A stretch of DNA of 31,353 nt from a virus (Duplodnaviria; Caudoviricetes): positions 1 to 31,353 of the IMG/VR virus record IMGVR_UViG_3300033076_001153. The stretch is one strand, 5' to 3'. The translations under genes and the position numbers were made by a program. Below, one piece after another: positions 25,673 through 31,353 of the stretch (position 1 is its first letter; every line of letters starts with the position of its first letter). The notes below the pieces were generated by a model, which was not told the DNA's origin, ran no database searches, and saw only the letters and a program-made list of their open reading frames with translations.

Positions 25673-26956
25673 ATGTTTTGGCTAATAGAAACACAGGAAC
25701 AGTTTGAGGATTTCAAATATACAATAAGTAAAGAGGTATTTGCTATTCCGATATACAAACATTCGGAAATGCATCATGGAATCCTTACACCTATTGCAAT
25801 CTACTTTAGAGGAATAGACCAAGAGAGAGGCTTTTTAATTAACTTCTTTCATCCAGAAGCATTACAGTTTGATTACCTACAGGTAAAAGAATTTTTAAAA
25901 ACACTATCTAAAATTTATACTCCGGATAAAAAAGCATTCAACTACGTACATTTTGGAGAAAATACATTTGATCTTAATTTATTTCAGCAGGTAGAACTTA
26001 AAAAGCATACTTATGCCCATAATTACTACTCTCAGAAGTATTATGATTGTGATGATGTGAATATGGTTATACCAATAGTTAAGCATTTTGAAGAATGTGA
26101 ATTAATCTTTGACCAATACCTACCAGTAATTAATAAGTACGTTCACAATCCCTATCACGATGATCTCTCTAATGTATTCTGGTTTATAGAAAGAAACGGG
26201 CTTAAGGTTAATAGTGCTTTTGAAAGGTACTTTGAGTTAAAGAGACCCTTCTTATCCCTTTATAACAATTGGGTATTCACGCAGTATAACTTAAATACTA
26301 CTACCGGACGTCCTTCTAATACGTTTAATAACCTGAACTTTGCAGCCTTACCTAAAGAATCCGGGGCAAGGTCGGTTTTTGTACCAAGAAATGATTTCTT
26401 TATTGAAATTGACTTAACGGCCTACCATCCTACCTTAATTGCACAGATGGTTGGGTATGAATCACCGACCGGGGATATTTATGAGGATTTTGCTAATGTT
26501 TACGGAATGGATCGAACTGAGGCTAAGAATCTAGTCTTCAAACAACTCTACGGGAATATCTTTGACCAATATAAGGATTTTGAATTCTTTCAGTTAACAG
26601 CTAAGTTGATTCAGAAGATCTGGTTAGAATTTAGCAATAAAGGAAAATATACAGTAGAAGAAACCGGAAAAGTATTTGTAGAGAAAGAATTGCAGAATAT
26701 GAATCCTCAGAAACTATTCAATTACATAATCCAGCACTGGGAAACTTTCAATAACGTTGCACTTTTGAAAGAAATTCTCTATATTCTAAATGGCGGTAAG
26801 ACGAAATTGGTGCTTTATACATATGATGCATTTTTGCTAGATACTGCCAAGGAAGATAAAGAAAAGATTAGAAGAATAATAGATGTATTTAAACAAGCAA
26901 AATTAAAGATAAAAACAAGTTATGGACCAGATTACAACTCTTTACAGCCCCTTTGA
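25673..26956 (+). CDS. Divergent, short family A DNA polymerase
   Basis: TTTGRPSN, motif A EIDLTAYHP, motif B RTEAKNLVFKQLYG, motif C YTYDAFLLD; only 427 aa. Confidence 0.8.
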   Translation: MFWLIETQEQFEDFKYTISKEVFAIPIYKHSEMHHGILTPIAIYFRGIDQERGFLINFFHPEALQFDYLQVKEFLKTLSKIYTPDKKAFNYVHFGENTFDLNLFQQVELKKHTYAHNYYSQKYYDCDDVNMVIPIVKHFEECELIFDQYLPVINKYVHNPYHDDLSNVFWFIERNGLKVNSAFERYFELKRPFLSLYNNWVFTQYNLNTTTGRPSNTFNNLNFAALPKESGARSVFVPRNDFFIEIDLTAYHPTLIAQMVGYESPTGDIYEDFANVYGMDRTEAKNLVFKQLYGNIFDQYKDFEFFQLTAKLIQKIWLEFSNKGKYTVEETGKVFVEKELQNMNPQKLFNYIIQHWETFNNVALLKEILYILNGGKTKLVLYTYDAFLLDTAKEDKEKIRRIIDVFKQAKLKIKTSYGPDYNSLQPL

Positions 26957-27377
26957 TATTTATGATAGAGAAACTATCAGTATCGGAGACGTGAATAATA
27001 AACTATTTTGTACCTTTGTGCCTTTGGATGGAGTGGATTCCTTTATTGAGGATATTACTAGCCAATACACAATCCTTTATAATAAGATATTTGTATTGCA
27101 TATCAAAAGCAATGACGAGTACGTATGTACTTATAATGTAGATCAACCAAACATTAACAACATTCCAGAAAATACAATTTTAGTACATAGGAAAAAAGAG
27201 TCAAACACTCTCTACACTATCAATGCCTTAAATGAATTGATTAAAAGCTTGAATGAAGGTATAGTTGATACTAACTTTAGAATAGACTGGCAGCATTATA
27301 AAAACACTGTCATGCTAACTCAGCAGGGTGATCTAAAACTGCTAAGAACTAAAATCTATCAGATTGTGGAACTTTAA
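26922..27377 (+). CDS. Hypothetical protein (start may be GTG 26991)
   Basis: 151 aa ORF overlapping the polymerase stop; globular part starts at NNKLFCTF; HRKKESNTLYTINALN motif. Confidence 0.65.
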   Translation: MDQITTLYSPFDIYDRETISIGDVNNKLFCTFVPLDGVDSFIEDITSQYTILYNKIFVLHIKSNDEYVCTYNVDQPNINNIPENTILVHRKKESNTLYTINALNELIKSLNEGIVDTNFRIDWQHYKNTVMLTQQGDLKLLRTKIYQIVEL

Positions 27378-27409
27378 GTTGCATATCTGAAATAAGTTTC
27401 GTATCTTTA
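27378..27409 (+). promoter_or_regulatory. Bacteroidota-type (-33/-7) promoter
   Basis: GTTG (27378-27381), 20 nt, TATCTTTA (27402-27409); shares TTTCGTATCTTTAG with the 25631 and 30146 promoters. Confidence 0.7.
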
Positions 27410-27424
27410 GAGTAAATAAAAGTT

Positions 27425-27754
27425 ATGTTAGACAAAGAATTTGTACCCTACGAGGAAGCATTATCACTTAAAGAACTTGGATTTGATGAACCTTGTTTTG
27501 GGTTATTCATTCATGGGAATTTGAACTTAATTTTTACGGATAAACAATTTAGCGATAAAGTTATTTCGGCACCACTATTCTCACAAGCATTTAGATGGTT
27601 TAGAGAGAAGTATGATTTAATCTATGTAATTGTTAAAGTGGAATCTTGGTTTTTTACTATTAACGGATGTAATACCCAAGAAGGTTTTAACACCTACGAA
27701 GAAGCAGAACTTGCTTGTCTTAGAAAATTAATTGAAATTGTAAATGGAAAATAG
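27425..27754 (+). CDS. Hypothetical phage protein
   Basis: 109 aa; LKELGFDEPC...APLFSQAFRWFREKY...TYEEAELACL pattern recalled from Bacteroidota phage hypotheticals. Confidence 0.65.
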   Translation: MLDKEFVPYEEALSLKELGFDEPCFGLFIHGNLNLIFTDKQFSDKVISAPLFSQAFRWFREKYDLIYVIVKVESWFFTINGCNTQEGFNTYEEAELACLRKLIEIVNGK

Positions 27755-28118
27755 TAACGATTACAACTTTGATCATGTAGCTAAAGAGATAGTAAACTCT
27801 ATCCGGTCGGCTAAACAAGCCAAGCTTTTAGATAGGTCTTATTTAAGGTGTCATCACTCATTAGCCAAAGAACTTATAGAAAAATCTAACCTAGATTATG
27901 ACGGCATGGTTAAATCACATCTAATACAGAGGTTAGCACAGCAGATAGTCGGCGTAACTCAACAGCATATTAAAACAGAAGAGTACCGTGATGATGTAGT
28001 TTATTCATTAGAAGTACTTGTATTTGCTCCGGAGGATCTTAAACACATTGTAGAATACTGTGTTAAAGAGATGCCTATGACAGCAATTAATAAAATTAAA
28101 GGTAATGAGCAACAATAA
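27744..28118 (+). CDS. Hypothetical protein
   Basis: 124 aa ORF overlapping the upstream stop. Confidence 0.6.
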   Translation: MENSNDYNFDHVAKEIVNSIRSAKQAKLLDRSYLRCHHSLAKELIEKSNLDYDGMVKSHLIQRLAQQIVGVTQQHIKTEEYRDDVVYSLEVLVFAPEDLKHIVEYCVKEMPMTAINKIKGNEQQ

Positions 28119-28119
28119 A

Positions 28120-28151
28120 GTTGCATTACAAAAATAAAATACCTATATTAA
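28120..28151 (+). promoter_or_regulatory. Bacteroidota-type (-33/-7) promoter
   Basis: GTTG (28120-28123), 20 nt, TATATTAA (28144-28151). Confidence 0.6.
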
Positions 28152-28169
28152 AAACAAAAGTTATAAAAA

Positions 28170-29036
28170 ATGGATATTAATTCAATCAGAGCAAAATTAA
28201 ACGCTCTACAAACTCAGAACAGCCGTCCTTCTGGAGAGTCACGTAAGAATGTCTTCTGGAAACCTGCCGTGGGCAAGCAAACAATCCGTATTGTACCTTC
28301 TATGTACAACAAGTCTAATCCGTTTTCGGAATTATTTTTTCACTACGGTATTGACAAGAACCCTGTAATCTCTCCTACTAACTGGGGTGAGAAAGATCCA
28401 ATCGTTGAGTTCGCCAAACAATTACGTCAGACTAAAGATAAAGAATCTTGGAGTCTTGCTCGTAAATTGGATCCTAAGATGAGGGTATTTGTACCTATCA
28501 TCGTTAGAGGTGAAGAACATGAAGGAGTAAAATTGTGGGGCTTTGGTAAAGAGATCTACATGGAATTACTTTCAATGGTTGAAGATGAGGACATCGGGGA
28601 TTACACCGATATCGTTACCGGCCGTGATTTAAATTTAACCACAGTAGGTAAAGAAACTACCGGAACTGGTTTTAACAAAACTACAGTACGTGCTAGAACT
28701 GCACAAACTCCTCTGGCAGAAGATCAAACCTTACTAAACAAAATCTTAAATGAACAGCCAGATCCTTTGAAGGCTTTCTCTAGAATGTCTTTTGATGATA
28801 TGAAGGCTTTGTTACAACGCTGGCTTGCACCTGAGGAAGAAGAAGGAGCAATCTCATCTGAACCTGCTTCAAACTTTGATGATAGTCCTGCAGTAGCACC
28901 TGCACCTACAGTAGAAGCACCTTGGAAGAAACCTGCTAGTCCTTTCACCTTAGAAACTCAAGGTAAGAAAGTAGAATCTAAAGCAGACAAGTTTGATTCT
29001 TTATTTAACGACGACGATAACGATTTACCTTTCTAA
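28170..29036 (+). CDS. Single-stranded DNA-binding protein (T4 gp32-like)
   Basis: FWKP...IRIVP, VKLWGFGK.IY, DYTDIVTGRDL, acidic tail ending DDDNDLPF. Confidence 0.85.
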   Translation: MDINSIRAKLNALQTQNSRPSGESRKNVFWKPAVGKQTIRIVPSMYNKSNPFSELFFHYGIDKNPVISPTNWGEKDPIVEFAKQLRQTKDKESWSLARKLDPKMRVFVPIIVRGEEHEGVKLWGFGKEIYMELLSMVEDEDIGDYTDIVTGRDLNLTTVGKETTGTGFNKTTVRARTAQTPLAEDQTLLNKILNEQPDPLKAFSRMSFDDMKALLQRWLAPEEEEGAISSEPASNFDDSPAVAPAPTVEAPWKKPASPFTLETQGKKVESKADKFDSLFNDDDNDLPF

Positions 29037-29043
29037 TTAAGTT

Positions 29044-30120
29044 ATGGCAAAGAAAAGCGCATCATTAACGGAGGCCGTATCTGCTGAACTTAAGAAGGGA
29101 TTCTCTTTAGATAAATTTAAGGAGAAGAAACTACTAAAGGGTAACGTAAAATTTAAGGATCAAACCTGGATACCACTCTCTGAAGCATTTCAGGAAGTAA
29201 CTTCTATCCCCGGTATTCCAATGGGTCATATAGTAATGCTGAGAGGTCATTCCGATACAGGAAAGACCACAGCACTACTTGAAGCGGCAGTATCAGCTCA
29301 AAAAGCAGGTATCCTTCCGGTCTTTATCATCACTGAGATGAAATGGAACTGGGAACATGCCATGCAGATGGGACTTCAGGTAGAAGAGAAAGTTGATCCG
29401 GATACCGGTGAGGTTGTAGACTATGTCGGGCAGTTCATTTATGTAGATAGAGAAACTCTAAATACGATTGAGGATGTTGCTGGATTCATTCTTGACTTAA
29501 TTGACGAGCAGAAGAAAGGTAGCTTACCTTATGACTTATTGTTCCTTTGGGATTCAATCGGATCAGTTCCTTGTGAATTGTCTGTAAGAAGCAACAAAAA
29601 TAATAATGAATGGAATGCTGGGGCAATGTCTACACAATTTGGTAATGGAGTAAATCAGAAGATTGTAATGTCAAGAAAAGAATCTTCACCCTTTACTAAT
29701 ACCTTGGTCGTTGTAAACAAAGTATGGACTCAAAAACCTGAATCACCAATGGGACAGCCCAAGCTTATGAACAAAGGAGGATTTGCGATGTGGTATGATG
29801 CTACCTTTGTAGTAACCTTTGGTAATATTATGAATGCCGGAACCTCTAAGATTAAAGCAATCAAGGACGGAAAGCAGGTAGAATTCGCCAAGCGTACTAA
29901 TATTCAGATTGATAAGAATCATATTAACGGAATCACAACCAGAGGAAAGATTATCATGACCCCACACGGCTTTATTGAAGATACCGAAAAGGATCTAAAG
30001 AAGTACAAAGACGGACATTCAAAAGAATGGTCAGCAATCTTAGGAGGCGGAGACTTTACAGTAGTAGAGGAAGCTTACGAGGATGTAACTCCTAGTTATT
30101 ACGAAAACGAACCGGAATAA
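29044..30120 (+). CDS. uvsX: RecA/UvsX-like recombinase
   Basis: GIPMGHIVMLRGHSDTGKT (Walker A), LFLWDSIGS (Walker B), VVVNKVW and KGGFAMWY (RecA NQ and GG.AL.F equivalents); follows the SSB. Confidence 0.88.
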   Translation: MAKKSASLTEAVSAELKKGFSLDKFKEKKLLKGNVKFKDQTWIPLSEAFQEVTSIPGIPMGHIVMLRGHSDTGKTTALLEAAVSAQKAGILPVFIITEMKWNWEHAMQMGLQVEEKVDPDTGEVVDYVGQFIYVDRETLNTIEDVAGFILDLIDEQKKGSLPYDLLFLWDSIGSVPCELSVRSNKNNNEWNAGAMSTQFGNGVNQKIVMSRKESSPFTNTLVVVNKVWTQKPESPMGQPKLMNKGGFAMWYDATFVVTFGNIMNAGTSKIKAIKDGKQVEFAKRTNIQIDKNHINGITTRGKIIMTPHGFIEDTEKDLKKYKDGHSKEWSAILGGGDFTVVEEAYEDVTPSYYENEPE

Positions 30121-30137
30121 AATTCCAAAGTTTCTAG

Positions 30138-30167
30138 AAAGAGCCCTTGCCTTGCAGGGGCTTTTTT
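30138..30167 (+). terminator. Rho-independent terminator after the recombinase gene
   Basis: AAAGAGCCCTTGC-CTT-GCAGGGGCTTTTTT. Confidence 0.8.
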
Positions 30168-30177
30168 CGTATCTTTA
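30146..30177 (+). promoter_or_regulatory. Bacteroidota-type (-33/-7) promoter overlapping the terminator
   Basis: CTTG (30146-30149), 20 nt, TATCTTTA (30170-30177). Confidence 0.6.
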
Positions 30178-30182
30178 GACTA

Positions 30183-30190
30183 TATTTATA
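30183..30190 (+). promoter_or_regulatory. TATTTATA motif (putative late promoter)
   Basis: Exact octamer 13 nt upstream of ATG 30204. Confidence 0.7.
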
Positions 30191-30203
30191 ACAAAAAAAA
30201 AAC

Positions 30204-30971
30204 ATGGCAGATAATTTTGATTTACGTAAATACCTTGTTGAGAATAAGGTTACTACAAACTCTAGAATGTTGAATGAACAATTTAAACCTACAAGGAACA
30301 AAGGGTTTAATAATTTTGCAAAAAAAGTTGCTGATATAATATGGTCAGCAGGATTAGAGGATCCTTTTGCAGCTGAACTTACAGATTGGGATGCTCTGTT
30401 TGAATTATGGAACGAACAAGGAGACCTATTTAAATACACTCAATCAGATATCGAAGAAATGGCTAATGAAGCCGGAGTATCTCAAGAGGATCTAGATTAT
30501 ATTTTAGACTTACCACAAGTGTCAGATTTAGAGAAGGGAGTTACTGAAAGTAAAAAGACTAAACCTACTACAAACTCTAAAATGTTAAAAGAAGAAGAAC
30601 CAGGGAGAGCACCAAGAGGGGATTCAGGGCGGCAGAGAGGTAAAGAGGGAGGTTTACATAAGTACTTTGTAGTACAAGAAGAAGACTGGGGAGAAGATGC
30701 ACATATTGGCTCAGTAGAGGTGGTTAGTAGTAATTTAGGGTTAGTAGAATTATGTGGAAAGTATAAACAGATACTATCGGACGAGTTAGGAAAAAAGTAT
30801 GAAGTAGAAATTGAAATACTTGAGGGAAAGCACGGAGAAGAGGTAGGACTTGTTCATACAGATTATGAACAGAAATGCTTTATTTTTAAATACGATAAAG
30901 CATTAGAAGGACCTATTAAAAACTCTTCTTGGATGAGTAATATTGCAGACCTGTTAGGGGTTGAGTATTAA
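30204..30971 (+). CDS. Acidic two-domain protein with FDLRxYL leader and duplicated TTNSxMLxE motif (putative internal head protein)
   Basis: MADNFDLRKYLVENKVTTNSRMLNE at the N-terminus, TTNSKMLKE internally; DNA repeat at 30251-30278 and 30566-30593. Confidence 0.6.
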   Translation: MADNFDLRKYLVENKVTTNSRMLNEQFKPTRNKGFNNFAKKVADIIWSAGLEDPFAAELTDWDALFELWNEQGDLFKYTQSDIEEMANEAGVSQEDLDYILDLPQVSDLEKGVTESKKTKPTTNSKMLKEEEPGRAPRGDSGRQRGKEGGLHKYFVVQEEDWGEDAHIGSVEVVSSNLGLVELCGKYKQILSDELGKKYEVEIEILEGKHGEEVGLVHTDYEQKCFIFKYDKALEGPIKNSSWMSNIADLLGVEY

Positions 30972-31019
30972 AAAAACTTCTATTTGATCCATTGAGAGTA
31001 GATTTACATCTTTAATTTT

Positions 31020-31027
31020 TATTTATA
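31020..31027 (+). promoter_or_regulatory. TATTTATA motif (putative late promoter)
   Basis: Exact octamer 6 nt upstream of ATG 31034. Confidence 0.7.
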
Positions 31028-31033
31028 GTAGAA

Positions 31034-31353
31034 ATGGATGATTTTGACCTACGGAATTACTTAATCAAAAACAAGCTAACTAAGACTCAGCAATTAAGAG
31101 AGAATGAAATAACACCTGCAGATATCACTAGAATATTAAAACGAACTGATGACGAACAAGATTTATACGTAAAAGATTGGGAGGAATTAACCCCGGAGAT
31201 GTGTAATGACGGATTCTGCGATATCTTCGCCAGGTTATTTAGGGAAGAATATCCTGGAGCGGAACTTTGGGGAACAGACGCTAGTCTAAATCCGTGGGTT
31301 TTTGGGCACGTCTGGGTTAAATATAAAGGTAAATTTTATGATGCAGAAACTCC
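31034..31353 (+). CDS. Partial ORF (runs off the window): FDLRxYL leader plus papain/transglutaminase-like Cys-His-Asp domain
   Basis: Not in the ORF track. Manual translation: MDDFDLRNYLIKNKLTKTQQLRENEITPADITRILKRTDDEQDLYVKDWEELTPEMCNDGFCDIFARLFREEYPGAELWGTDASLNPWVFGHVWVKYKGKFYDAET; no stop before 31353. Confidence 0.7.
   Translation, partial: MDDFDLRNYLIKNKLTKTQQLRENEITPADITRILKRTDDEQDLYVKDWEELTPEMCNDGFCDIFARLFREEYPGAELWGTDASLNPWVFGHVWVKYKGKFYDAET

Noticed and set aside
1931-30439. Minus-strand ORFs in the track (e.g. 1931-2272, 16647-17099, 17778-18044, 28724-28948, 30134-30439)
   Set aside because: They lie antisense to well-supported + strand genes, have shadow-like composition and lack recognisable motifs.
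1-31353. Stop-codon reassignment, as in some large Bacteroidota phages
   Set aside because: Standard-code ORFs tile the window densely; TGA and TAG end genes at sensible positions, and the one in-frame split (22893) is a TAA.
1-31353. CRISPR array, tRNA or structured ncRNA
   Set aside because: No regularly spaced direct repeats seen; intergenic gaps are all under about 90 nt and are explained by promoters and terminators.

Overview
This window is AT-rich DNA from a large T4-like contractile-tailed phage (myovirus), most likely infecting Bacteroidota. That host call rests on -33/-7-type promoters and the general absence of Shine-Dalgarno motifs. All real genes are on the + strand. 1-7.7 kb holds tail fibre and receptor-binding genes, including a tandem of LamG/ConA-like paralogues. 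7.7-25.6 kb holds neck, tail terminator, sheath, tube, tail chaperone, tape measure, baseplate and a GH108-like lysozyme, with an HNH endonuclease and a minimal protein kinase inserted after the tube gene. 25.7-30.1 kb is a replication/recombination module: a divergent short family A polymerase, a gp32-like SSB and a RecA/UvsX. The last two genes share an N-terminal leader. Highlights: (i) unrelated cargo proteins (kinase, Cys-His-Asp enzyme, two-domain polyprotein) carry short leaders ending in L-x-E, suggesting a capsid-packaged, protease-matured effector set; (ii) a probable +1 frameshift in the tail chaperone; (iii) two readable promoter classes, TATTTATA and NTTG-N20-TA(TC/TA)TT; (iv) an HNH gene that appears to have split a promoter-terminator hairpin; (v) a PolA with an altered steric gate; (vi) strong CCGG enrichment. 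All functional calls come from motif recognition by eye and synteny; no database searches were run.
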